A program made the position numbers and the translations under genes. A DNA stretch of 63,741 nucleotides, filler included, from Octopus bimaculoides (Eukaryota), in assembly GCF_001194135.2 (NCBI RefSeq). It is 5 parts of 3 records of this genome, joined end to end, with 100 filler letters (N's around TTAATTAATTAA, not from the genome) between each part and the next. Parts side by side here need not be neighbours in the genome. Positions count along the whole stretch, not along the records: positions 20,586 to 39,229 come from NC_068984.1; 4 more parts are not named here. The stretch is one strand, 5' to 3'. This document shows, in pieces, positions 25,031 through 37,569 of the stretch. The notes under the pieces are model-generated. The model was not told where the DNA came from. It ran no database searches and saw nothing but the letters and a program-made list of their open reading frames with translations. Positions within the stretch are counted from its first letter, which is position 1. Each line of letters begins with the position of its first letter.

Positions 25031-28000
25031 GTTGCTATTGTGTTAAACTGTCGTATATCCAAATTTGGCCAAATGCGTTTTTTTTTTTTTCAATATTTAT
25101 TTTTGATTGCAATAGCCGGTTCTTTTGGTCAAGCTATCGTATAACCAGCTGCTTCAAATGTAAAAATATCAAACATTGGCAAAATGTAGGACAACGGTTT
25201 TGCTATGGAATGGTGAAACTATTTCTTCATTTTCTGAAAAAGCAACGTTTTGGACTTCCGACACTTTTGCGTAATACCAGCGATATATTTATATATGTAA
25301 TTGATGAAAGAAATGAAAGATGGATTTAGTACGAATCTTTATTAAGCACGACGATCGTTTCCACCCACCCTGCATCTGTTCCATGGAGGTAGAATATTGT
25401 GTATCTAGTTGTGTTGCATCAATCAGTGCAGCTGCGTCACTTCAAGTGCTTCGTCTCATAAAACATTGCGGATTTCCTGACGTAGATCCAGTGAAAATTA
25501 TATCGTTACAGTGAATGACATTAGGTAGCCCCAAACGGTGAATGCGCTTGAATCAATATGCTAATAGAGTTACATCAAAATTCCAAGTAATTACACCCCC
25601 ACATACACACACATATACAGAGAGAGGCAAAATTGCCTTCTTGCGAAAATATACAAACAGACCCCATCAACCATTAATGAATTCATAAAGGATGGAGCCA
25701 GGGCTTCTTTCTTTTTCAGTTGACTGACCCATCCGTTTATTTTAGTGAGCACGAGGAAAATTTACACTTCGTTTTATTAACTATAAAATCAATTGTTTTA
25801 TATATATATACAAACATTATTATGGTACGCTGACTCCACCCCCGAAACAGCTGTCGGATTTATGACACCTTTCTCCGCCCCTTTAATTATGTCTGTCGCT
25901 TGTACTCTGTGTAAGTTGGGCCTATTAACATAAATATCTATATGTTTATAAATAAAAATTCATCACCTGAAAGTTTCCACGTTTTGCGTCCTCTCGTTAT
26001 GCATGTATACACATATAGTTATTTTTTATTTACGAGACAAACGAAACAAGCGGAATTTTCTTTTTTTGTTTTCATTTGATCTTACTGTGGTTTTATCAAT
26101 TTAGGACTCTACTTCTAGCTTTAGTGGAGTCAACAACCACCAGAAAGGGTTTTTAGGGGTTGGGGGTGATAAAGTAAAGAGGATACATAAAGGATACCAA
26201 AAAGAATACAAATATTTCCGTTTTAGCGACTTGAACGGAGAAATGCAAAACATTAATTTTTATCGGCTAATATAAAATAAAGACAACTGCGCACATCATC
26301 TTTAGCTGAACGTGCTTGAAATTGCATACAAATTTTCTTTAATTTTCACTCAATCTTTTTAGACAGGGGAAGAACATATTCGATATCGTTCACTGTCACT
26401 GGAAACAGATGTAAAAAGAGATGATGGTCATGGTCGGAAATTTTTCTAATCTAAGGCTGCTTGTTCCGACCTAACTTCAGACTAAGCTTCCACGACACGA
26501 TCTACATGACATAAATATTATGAAAGAGCTATATAGCCAATATCTTTATCTTATCATATACAAGTAATTTAAATTTCTTAATTGAAGTCTGTGTAGTCAG
26601 CATGTATTGACTATACTTTGTTAATTTTAGGCAGCACAACACCAAATGATAAGAAAAAGAATCTTATAATTAAACAATTAATTTAGAAGGAGGTGATTTG
26701 CACCAGTTAACGTTCGATTAATATGAAAACACATTAAGAAAAATATTATTTTATTATTTTCTAAATAAGTCGATTACCAGGGATATCGACAAATTTCAGG
26801 AATCTATGAACTTCTGATCAAAAGCTGTACAATGTGTTAACATAGAAGGGAATTTTGGATTTTAATTCAGTGAAGCTTCATTAGGGATTTACAATAGATA
26901 CAGTTTCTGAAGACGCTGCTGATTAATATAGCCCTACTTTGCAATGGTATCGTTAGTTTAAATTATAGTGCATTTCACTATAGTCTGCTGTTACATTCCG
27001 CATATTCTTCATATATTCGGTCATAACCTTAATATTTTAACTGAATTCTACTTCATAGCATTGGCGAACATGATACTGTCATCATTGCTAAACCTGCACG
27101 ATCTGAGGTAAAAGCATTTAAACTAAATAACAATATCAATAATAAAAATACCCAGAAACATGAAAGATGAGACAAGAGGAAATATTGGATAACATCATAA
27201 GTATCTGCAAGTACTTCCAATTATAATGCTAGTAATATCTGAAACACTATAAATATGGTTTCTTCAAACATATAACCATTAGATATCCAAAACTGCCGTT
27301 AACCTCCTTAGTTTCACTTACATTCACATATAAGGTAATATCATAAATCAAATGAAAGAAATTGAGATTAAGAAAAAAAGTGAGAATGGCTTTAATTTAT
27401 AGACAAATGGCTGCCAGTAGTTTATTGTCAACTTTTCTCATCAAATGTATAATAGCTATCCATCTTGACATTTATAAATTCAAGCAATCTTTCTGGTTTA
27501 CTGTATGTTTTTATTTATTTATTTTTAACTGTTTTCTGTGTATTCTTTCTTGTTCGATTTGTTGGAATTTATTTTTGAAAATTTGGATATTTGAGTTGCT
27601 GTGGCAATTAATTTTGCATATGGTTAGTCGTTCTAACACAGTGTAATCAAGTGTAAAGTAGAAATGGTAACTGTTTTCACTAAGACAGAGTGAAGCAAAC
27701 AGACTAATGTTCTTTGCCTTTATGTTCAATATTCAACAAAATAGTTGCAAGAATGGCTTGTAATCATGACATTGTGCTTAGTAATTCAGTAATTCAGCCC
27801 ATTAACCCAAACATTTATTGTATCTTTCAACCAGATAATTTTATGAAAAGATATCTGAAAAATTACAAATAAATGGCTGATTAGTATATAGCAAGGAAAA
27901 TATAGATGAATAACTCAAGTATGAAATATATCAACATAGAAAACCGGTTGCAAAGAGAATATTCTAGAAATGTCAATTAAAATTGTAATTTTATCACTTT

Positions 28001-28224
28001 TCTCCTTTTAGCTTGGATAATTGACACATTTGAAACAAAATTGGGCTGATTAAAATGATGAGATGAATTTTACTTATAACAAGGAAATGAATAGCGTCCG
28101 CTAGCTCTAAATCTTAGAAATCTCAGTGAAATAAATCCATTCAGTTTATACCATAAATTGTGAGAGCAACCTTTCCAACTAAAATATATAGCAAACTTTC
28201 TTTCATGAGGAATAAAGTGCTCAT

Positions 28225-28345
28225 CTGATACTTTATTTTATCGATCTTTAAAGAATGAAAGGCAAAGTCCACCTCGGTGGAATTTGAGTTCAGAACTTAA
28301 AGATGGACGAAATGCCGCTAAGCATTTTGCTCCGTGTGCTAACAT
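28225..28345 (-). mobile_element. SINE family A, partial
   Basis: atgaaaggcaaagtccacctcggtggaatttgagttcagaac...gctaagcattttgc. Confidence 0.85.
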
Positions 28346-29573
28346 TTGATTCTGTAATATTATCACTTCTTTGTTCAAAGATCGATCATGGGAACGCTTT
28401 TTAGAAAATTCTGAAATAATTATTTATTCGTGAAGATGTAAATTTGTATATTTCAGTTATTTTTGCCATTTTTCATTTATGCTTTCCTTACTAGGATATT
28501 ATAATTTAAATAGTGAAGTTTCACAGTATGACACTGTGCCAAACATAAAAGTCCTTATTAAGGGGTCAAATTTGTGGCTACTGAAATGGTCCTCATGGAG
28601 TTTCATTACACAGTAAAACTAAAAACATATGAATATGACTCCATTATATTCAGAGTGAGAGAGAGAGAGAGTATTTGTAAGAGAGAAAGAGCTAATAGCT
28701 AGTATTCTTGTTCTCGCCCTCTCTATTTTAGAACTAATATTTTATGGGAAACATATTTCCTGAGGGTATCATACAGCTACACATTCTGTGTTTACTTCAA
28801 TCTGCACAAGGCCTATTGACATAACACTACCGAATCAGTCTATATATATATGTATCTACGCACATATACATATTCATATACATATGCACATACGCACACA
28901 CATATGTATATATCATTTAATACATACTCCTGAAGATTATAGTTACTACTCCGAGTTTCACCAGTTGCTTAGCATAATTCAGAAGTTATATATTCCGAGA
29001 GAATCCTCGGGCATTCACAATTTTCAGTTCCATTTGAAGACCACATGACATAAGTAACGTCTTTCTAAATCTTATGACATAATGTAAGCTGGATAAAGGA
29101 TAGCTAGTGCACTAGATTATTTCCCTTGAGCCCATAGTCAAGCACACTGCTTGGATGATTCATAATTTTCTTTGTAAATGAGATTTCAGAACTACATTTG
29201 AAAATAATACTTATTTTAGAAGTTGTCATGAAGAGAAGATACGCCATCTCATAAAAGTCACGAGAGAGATATATTGTGATAATGTAGTAAGTTAATAAAA
29301 GTATTTAATCGTGGGATCTTGTGAACGGCATGTTTGTATAAAAGGTGTGCAGAAAATGGTTACAGTTCACTAGAGAGGTTCACATTTTTCTTATGTAAGT
29401 AGTCTGATCGTGTTATAGATTCCAATATTTAACCTTACATATACTTATTTAAGTTGCGATATTTGCCGAGAAAATTTGATCGCGATAGTTAGACGAAGTT
29501 TCGATACCGCTCAGTACAATAGATTTTAGAGCAGACAATTGATATTGGCTTGTATTATTGCTATAATATCTAA

Positions 29574-29787
29574 GACGGCAAGCTACCAGAATCGTTATCG
29601 CGTCGGGTAAAATGCTTAGAGGCATTTTTGTCCGTCTTTACGTTCTGAGTTCAAATGCCGCCGAGGTCGACTGTGCCTTTCATCTTTTCGGGGTCGATAA
29701 AACAAGTACTAATTGGGTACCGGAGTTGATATAATCAACCAGTCCCCTCCCCATAATTTCAGGCCTCGTGCCCATAGTAGAAAGGAT
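29574..29787 (+). mobile_element. SINE family A, full length
   Basis: gacggcaagctaccagaatcgtta...gttctgagttcaaatgccgccgaggtcgac...tttcaggcctcgtgcccatagtagaaagga. Confidence 0.9.
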
Positions 29788-30289
29788 CATGACTATAAAA
29801 TTTGCCTGATTCTCAGATTTTAATGTTAATGGGCATTACTAACTAAGTTAAAGGTTGCATTTAATAAGTTCCTAGTTGTGTACAAAACGTCGTTTTTAGA
29901 CCATAGTAGGTGAAGTTGCTGATGAGATCTTTCCTAAATTTAATTCGTGTCAAATAGCGGTCTAGTTGCAACTAGATTATCATCACTTTACAAGTCGATG
30001 TTGGATATGTGTCTATTCTTCACAACAGCCAGTGTGCATAGGATGACGAGATCACGTACCAGCGCTGTCGATTGGCACTGATATCAAAGGCATCTGCTTA
30101 TCTAAATGCTAAATCAAACCGTTTCACTCAGGTTTAGCACCTACCAAATAGTATAATGATTCTAAGTCTATGGCAACAATGTCGTAATATCATTCAATGA
30201 TAACTGGTACCTTAGTCAGTAGAAAATAAAATATCGGGGGATTAATGTCAACATTTTCGAACTGTGTGACTTCTACAGAATCTTGTTCT

Positions 30290-30640
30290 TCATGGATATT
30301 CTTGACCTTTCACAAGGTTGCTTCTGTTCCGTTGTTATTGTTTAGTTACTCTCCTAATTTTATCATTAATTCTTGGTGAAATATTTGTACTGATTAGTTC
30401 TGTTTCTATCTTAGCCGTGTCTATGTTTCATCATCTGATATTAGCGGCTAAGTTTTTTGCGATCCTTGACAGTGAAATATATTTCACTTTGTTAAGCACT
30501 GCTCTATCATCTAATTATTTCCTTGGTTATAGCTTTCGCCTCAAGGTTACTGTCATTATTTTTGCGTGCATAATTTTCATTTTATTTTTTACTAGTTTTA
30601 TCACTAAGTAACTGCTTATATTTGGCTGAATTTACTTCAT
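30290..30640 (-). mobile_element. Penelope-like reverse transcriptase fragment (pseudogene)
   Basis: With frameshifts the minus strand reads KYKQLLSDK...AKAITKEI...DDRA...FTVKDRK...DTAKIETELISTNISPRINDKIRRVTKQ*QRN, matching the PLE RT motif FITLKDHK.NF....CRLINPAKSEIG.ISK.IL..IN..IR..T.LNQWRN. Confidence 0.78.
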
Positions 30641-30662
30641 CAGAAAAAATATATATATTCTT

Positions 30663-30874
30663 TTCTACTCTTGGCAAAAGGCCTGAAATTTTTGGGGAGC
30701 GGGCCAGTCGATTAGAGCGACCCCAGTACGCATCTGGTACTTAATTTATCGACCCTGAAAGGATGAAAGACAAAGTCGACCTCGGCGGAATTTGAACTCA
30801 GAACGTAAAGACAGATGAAATATCGCTGAAGCATTTCGCCCGGCGTGCTAACGTTTCTGCTAGCTCGCTGCCTT
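30663..30874 (-). mobile_element. SINE family A, full length
   Basis: aggcctgaaatttttgggg...gaaaggatgaaagacaaagtcgacctcggcggaatttgaactcagaacg...gctcgctgcc. Confidence 0.93.
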
Positions 30875-30894
30875 AAATATATAAATATATACTG

Positions 30895-31125
30895 AGAGGT
30901 CATAGCTTCGGTACTACGGACATGTGGTTTGAATGTTGCAGAGAAGAGCCCCAGTACAGATTCTTTAAGCCGAGCCAACCGGTTGGAGGTCTCGGGCTAG
31001 ACCAAGAGTGAAATAGTTGATAATATCTATAGTCTCAGTTGGTCGCGCTTGAGACTCTAGCCGAAAAGTGTAATGATGGCTGCTTCTGTCAGGACCCTAT
31101 TCTATAGACCCCAGACATTCCGCTA
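30895..31125 (+). mobile_element. RTE-clade LINE C-terminal fragment
   Basis: RYYGHVV*MLQRRAPVQIL*AEPTGWRSRARPRVK*L then (frameshift) DNIYSLSWSRL; resembles RTE LRW.GHV.RM...L..E..G.R.RGRPR.RW.D. Confidence 0.72.
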
Positions 31126-31379
31126 ATATTACTTCAGATTATGGGTGATTTTACCCTCCACATCAGTGAAGCTTCTTATTATTTTTCTTTACTCAACATC
31201 ATCGTTTCTACAGATTTCATTCTATGTGATGATAATAACGAATGACAGTGGTGGAGGTAGCCATGATGATGAAGATGGCGGTGGTGGTGATGTAATTGGG
31301 GTTGATAGCGGTGGCGGTGGTGAAGGTGGTCAAAATATTACTGTTAAATAAAAATATATTGTAAAAAAGTTGTTTACTG

Positions 31380-31385
31380 CTACAC

Positions 31386-31430
<45 letters not shown>

Positions 31431-31487
31431 ATACTAGTACTACCACCACCACCACCACCACCACCACNNNNNNNNNNNNNNNNNNNN

Positions 31488-31539
<52 letters not shown>

Positions 31540-31540
31540 T
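31380..31540. repeat. (TAC)n/(CAC)n microsatellite with N-gap
   Basis: Directly visible. Confidence 0.95.
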
Positions 31541-31709
31541 AGTTTACCCTCCACATCAGCGAAGCTTCTTATATTTCTTTACTCGGGATTATCGTTTCCA
31601 AGGATTTCATTATACATTATACTCCGAACTCAAACTTCATGACCCGTAGATAGGTATGTAGACGCGTATGTATATGTATGGGTTAAGTTTACACACACAC
31701 ACAGACACA

Positions 31710-31804
<95 letters not shown>

Positions 31805-32269
31805 CACAAACGCACACATACATATACATATATATATAAAATTATGTGAGCATATGTGTCAAGTCATATAAACTTTTCATATAACTTCTAATTCATTCTA
31901 TACCAGAGCGAATAATATTTGCGAAATTGTCTTTGATATCAGTGTCTATGTACTAAAGAGATTGATATTGAAAATATATACCAAAATTCTTAAGAGAAGA
32001 CTAAATCATATGTATTTTTTTTTACCTCTTTTAAGTTTTACATTATCAGCAGTTCCAAAGAGACAGAGAAGAAGAAAAAAAAATAATAAAGAAACAATAG
32101 CAACAACAAATATTTCTAAATAGCTAGAAAAACAACATTATTCTAAAGAGTGAAACTGATATTTATGTCAATAATTAGAATATCTTGATATTTACGATAT
32201 TAATTATAATACTAACAAATATGAAATAAATTAGGAATATCAAAGCAATAGTATTAATACTGGTGATGG

Positions 32270-32520
32270 TGGTGTTGGTGGTGGTTGTGGTGGTGATGAT
32301 GATGATGAGGATGATGATGAGGATGATGAGGATGAGGATGATGATGATGACTTGATGATAATGATGACGGTGGTAGTGGTACCGTGATGCGGTGGTAGCG
32401 ATGTAATGAGGGTGACGGTGGTCGTGGTGGTAATGAAAGTAATTCTGGTAAATGATTATACTGCACAAAAGTTGCTTTCAACTACTACTACTACTACTAC
32501 TACTAGTACTACTACTACAA
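32270..32520. repeat. Compound (GGT)/(GAT)/(TAC) low-complexity tract
   Basis: Directly visible; explains the poly-H and poly-I ORFs here. Confidence 0.9.
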
Positions 32521-32707
32521 AAATTATTAATAATATGAAAGAAAATCAATAATGATGAGATCAACAATAAGTATGATAAATATTAATATAAGACATTAAA
32601 AATGGAAACTTGAAGTTAACAGTACATAACTTATACACACACGCTCACGTACTTACGTAGATGTATATATATGTATGTGTGTGTGTGTATGCGTGCGTGT
32701 GTGAGTC

Positions 32708-32781
<74 letters not shown>

Positions 32782-32941
32782 TTTATGTGCACTTCTACAT
32801 TCGATATTCTGAGCGTGAAAGAGCGAGGTTTCTGTAAGAAGCCTGCGAAATTTTATGTCGCATGGAGCGACAACAAACTGTTTTAAATAATATATATACA
32901 TACATACATACATACATATATGCATATATACATATACATAT

Positions 32942-32998
<57 letters not shown>

Positions 32999-33409
32999 TA
33001 TTAACCTCAGTTTGATTGGTCTGTTCGTTTCATTTTATGAGGTGAAGAATTTATGCCATATATATTTACTTGATAGAAATTGTAATTAAATTCCAATGGT
33101 TGAATCATATATAATGTATTTATTTCTTGTATAGGGTGAGGGGCGGAATATTTAAACAGATTGAATATGCTTCTACGAGTGAATTTTTATTTCGATTACT
33201 ATTACGAAATAAAATCTTCTCACTAAAGTTTAAAAAAATGAACCGATGAAATTAACGACTGTGGGAAAACGGGTTCCCTGCCTATTTAACATTAGTAAAA
33301 TTGAATTCAATCATGGGTGACAACGGTTGTCACGGATTTAGCTTAGCTGAAAGTAGCCAGGAAAACATTATTAACTTAAGATATTAAGTATTAGATATAC
33401 ACTCTGTGT

Positions 33410-33467
<58 letters not shown>

Positions 33468-33916
33468 ATATTTTCAACTCAGAAACGTCAAAGGAAGAGT
33501 CACTATACGTCCAATCAATTGTATCTGGAAAATTCGTATCAAGTTGTACTGTTCTTTTGGGTAGGAGGAATACTAGTATTTCTAGCCTTTGTGCAGGCCT
33601 ATTGTTTAGAAATTTAATAAATTTGAACAGAAGGATATATTTTTATAATTAATTCTAAACTCTTCTGTTCAAATTTAATTTCATTAAATTTCTAAATTTC
33701 TATGTCTTTGTGCAGCTGAAGATTGCTCTACATTTTATATTTGATGTAATGTTTACATTGTTCAATTAAATGGAGTCGCATGAAACGATCGTACTGCATT
33801 ACCTCTGGATATCCTTGTTGCTTATATTGATTTCAACCACCTTATTTTGAAACTGTATGGATAATACCATACTAAATTCTGGTGTGCCTAAACTTAAGTA
33901 GCATATTCACCTGAAT

Positions 33917-33918
33917 CA

Positions 33919-33978
<60 letters not shown>

Positions 33979-34041
33979 ATCTATCTATCTTTCTATCTAT
34001 CTATCTTTCTATCTATCTATCTTTCTATCTATCTATCTATC

Positions 34042-34077
<36 letters not shown>

Positions 34078-34082
34078 TATAT
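33917..34082. repeat. (TCTA)n then (TA)n microsatellite
   Basis: Directly visible. Confidence 0.95.
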
Positions 34083-34586
34083 NNNNNNNNNNNNNNNNNN
34101 NNNNNNNNNNNNNNNNNNNNNNNNNNNNNNNNNNNNNNNNNNNNNNNNNNNNNNNNNNNNNNNNNNNNNNNNNNNNNNNNNNNNNNNNNNNNNNNNNNNN
34201 NNNNNNNNNNNNNNNNNNNNNNNNNNNNNNNNNNNNNNNNNNNNNNNNNNNNNNNNNNNNNNNNNNNNNNNNNNNNNNNNNNNNNNNNNNNNNNNNNNNN
34301 NNNNNNNNNNNNNNNNNNNNNNNNNNNNNNNNNNNNNNNNNNNNNNNNNNNNNNNNNNNNNNNNNNNNNNNNATGCTTTGTATTAAAAAATAAGCTATAA
34401 ACGATGTGTTTGTTAATCTGAGGTTTTCCCCATTTTCTGATTATTTGCATTGGTTCCTGATAGACTCTTGTTTATCCTGTTGCTACCTGCACACGAATGT
34501 CCGGGAATAATACGGGTATCGGTTACCGATAGTATATACGGATATTTTATCCCTTAGTCGATTATTATAACCGCTAACTCTGTTTA

Positions 34587-34627
<41 letters not shown>

Positions 34628-34631
<4 letters not shown>

Positions 34632-35269
34632 GGGATACCCGAAAGAAACCGGAATTTTGCAATATCATTTGATGCACTTAGTTTTGCATGTTTACACTTT
34701 TATCGCATTCAAAGTATTCTTCATTTGAAGCAATGCATCTGTCCAGACGCATTTTCCACTGATCGAAGTAGTGCTGGAACTATTGCAAAGTGATGCCCTT
34801 TAATGCCTCCGTCGTTTTATTCATCACCTCTTCCAGATCTGCAAATTCTCCAGCACCAGCTTTCGTCACCAGAAATGATCTTCTGAAAAAGGTCGAATCA
34901 ACTTTCAGTTGTTCTTTCAGTACATGGCATGCATTCATTTGTGACTGTTTTCAATCTCCCGCGAGCAAGCGGGGCACAAATTTTGCTGCAACTCTTTTCA
35001 TTCGCAATTCCTCACTCAAAATTCGTTGGCAGGAGCTCTAGGACACACCGGTCATATCAATAAGTTCGATAATTGCTCGATGATGACCCTCCAAGATCAG
35101 TTCATGAACTTTCGTGATGATTTCATTTGTTCTGGAGGTCGACGGTCGTCCTGAACGAGGTTGGTCCTCAACAAATAAGTGACCATTACAAAAGCGTGAA
35201 AACCGCTCGTAAACATGTGTTTTGCTCTTGGCAGAAGCCTTGTAAACTGCTTAAAACATAACAACTGTT
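34628..35269 (-). mobile_element. Internally deleted mariner inserted in (TA)n; 5' end lost in gap
   Basis: VEDQPRSGRPSTSRTNE...ILSEELRMKRVAAKFVPRLL...KIISGDESWC is joined near 34851 directly to the C-terminus EFADLEEV...FDQWKMRLDRCIASNEEYFECD. TIR tgaggggatacccgaaagaaaccggaat follows TA. Confidence 0.92.
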
Positions 35270-35515
35270 NNNNNNNNNNNNNNNNNNNNNNNNNNNNNNN
35301 NNNNNNNNNNNNNNNNNNNNNNNNNNNNNNNNNNNNNNNNNNNNNNNNNNNNNNNNNNNNNNNNNNNNNNNNNNNNNNNNNNNNNNNNNNNNNNNNNNNN
35401 NNNNNNNNNNNNNNNNNNNNNNNNNNNNNNNNNNNNNNNNNNNNNNNNNNNNNNNNNNNNNNNNNNNNNNNNNNNNNNNNNNNNNNNNNNNNNNNNNNNN
35501 NNNNNNNNNNNNNNN

Positions 35516-35555
<40 letters not shown>

Positions 35556-35675
35556 GCACATATACACATACATATATATACACATATATACATATATATA
35601 TAAATATATATATGTATGTGTATATATATATATATATACATTCATACATACATACATATACATGCATACATATAC

Positions 35676-35752
<77 letters not shown>

Positions 35753-36074
35753 AAAAAAAAAAAAAGTTCTTGGTACAGTATTATATATTTGAATAAATGA
35801 ATAGAAATTGCTTTTCAGATAATTTTTCCACTTTAATAATTAGATGCTTATAAATTATTAATTATTAAATTATTACCGTTTGTAAACACCTAATAATTTA
35901 TAAAATCTAATTATTAAGTGAAAAAAATCATAAGAAAAGCCATTTCTATCCATTTTTTCAGATTTATGTGTGCGTGTGTGTGTGTGCATGTATGTGTATG
36001 TATGTGTGTGTGTGTGTGTGTATACATATATATAACATATTATATATTTTTCAAATATATATAAATATATATTC

Positions 36075-36210
36075 TTTTACTTGTTGCAGTCATTTGACTG
36101 CGGCCATGCTGGAGCACCGTCTTGAAGTGTTTTAGCCGAAGAAATCGACCTCAGGAATATTTTTATACCTGGTAGTTTTTCTATCGGTGTCTGTTTGCCC
36201 AACCGGTAAG
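36075..36210 (-). mobile_element. SINE family B, 3' end
   Basis: ttttacttgttgcagtcatttgactgcggccatgctggagcaccg...ttctatcggtgtctgtttgcc. Confidence 0.85.
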
Positions 36211-36399
36211 TTTCGTATGAGTATATATATATATTGAGAGAGAGATTGGTTGATAGACAGACAGACACATGGATCGATAGATAGATAGACAGATGGATAG
36301 ATAGAAAGATTAGATATACATAGCCATACATAACTTTTTGCTGATAGGATGAGTGCTTCTCCTCCAAGTATATGTTGAAGTAAGTCAGTCCAGCTCAAG

Positions 36400-36860
36400 T
36401 CACCTTTGGCTTATTTAGAACAGGTGTGCACTGACGGTATTTGTTAAATTCTTTGCCTAATCTCCTTAGTTTTACATGTGATTTGCTCATTTCTCTCGTT
36501 AGAGTTCAGTATGTGACCCGATATAGCATTCAGAACCTTCTGACTCCGTTTAACACAATCTAATCAGAGTCACTTTTATTGTGGAAGCAACTAGTAATTG
36601 TAAGTTTTCATCTTTCTGAAGTTCAAGTTCTGGATTTCTTCAAGAGTCCGCTTTACCTCAAATGCATATGCTAGCAATGGCACTGCGGAAGCATTGCGGG
36701 ATATGATTTTATCGATTGCAGAAAGTTCTGACTTCCATGCTTTTGAAAGTTTGCTGAAGCATCCCTTCATAACAGCACCGCCCTATTGAATGTTAACGTT
36801 GATTCCGGGGTATTTGTAACATTAGTGACTTGAGACAGGGATAATAGACAAAGCGTTGAT
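36400..36860 (-). mobile_element. R4/Dong-clade LINE RT thumb-region fragment
   Basis: YKYPGI...KAWKSELSAIDKIISRNASAVPLLAYAF..RTLEEIQNL; cf. YKYLGI...IWKSELSA.NK..AHN.FAVP.L.Y.FG...WT..EI of R4-like RTs. Confidence 0.72.
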
Positions 36861-37069
36861 ATCAATACTCCATGTACTCCATGCCTAATTTATCTTTCTT
36901 TGCTTATTTAACAAATATGAACATTCATCCTGACCAAACTCCATTTCTATGTCTCGTGAGAATGTTGTGACTAATTATGCATTTTGGTATCATGGATATT
37001 ATTTGAATCCATCTGAAAGTCAGCAACAAAAATTGGTGGTGCGACATTAATTTTCATCTGCAGATTGTA

Positions 37070-37149
<80 letters not shown>

Positions 37150-37501
37150 TTGAATTTGTAAACAATGGAAAATGATTACTTATTACATCCAGTCGCGTTT
37201 ATTTATAAATTTGAATCATAGCCTGCGATAAAACACAAAAAGAATTGTTCGGAAACCTAAATATTCTCACAATTTATTTAAACCAATGTGATGACTTTTT
37301 TATTGACGATGCGATACACTCTCCTACATGATCAGCATTTCTGAATATCAATGTTAGCACATGTCGTCATAATGTCAGCTTCACATTGATATTGCCTCTG
37401 GAGATAACACCTATCTTTATTATGTCATTCCCAATATACACTGTCTTAGGTTCCCCAATCTCACACACATGTATAGCACATTCCTGTAATCTGTCTGTCT
37501 G

Positions 37502-37569
<68 letters not shown>

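Noticed and set aside
30318-30611. Hydrophobic membrane-protein-like ORF (97 aa, plus)
   Set aside because: It is the antisense of an A-rich PLE reverse transcriptase relic.
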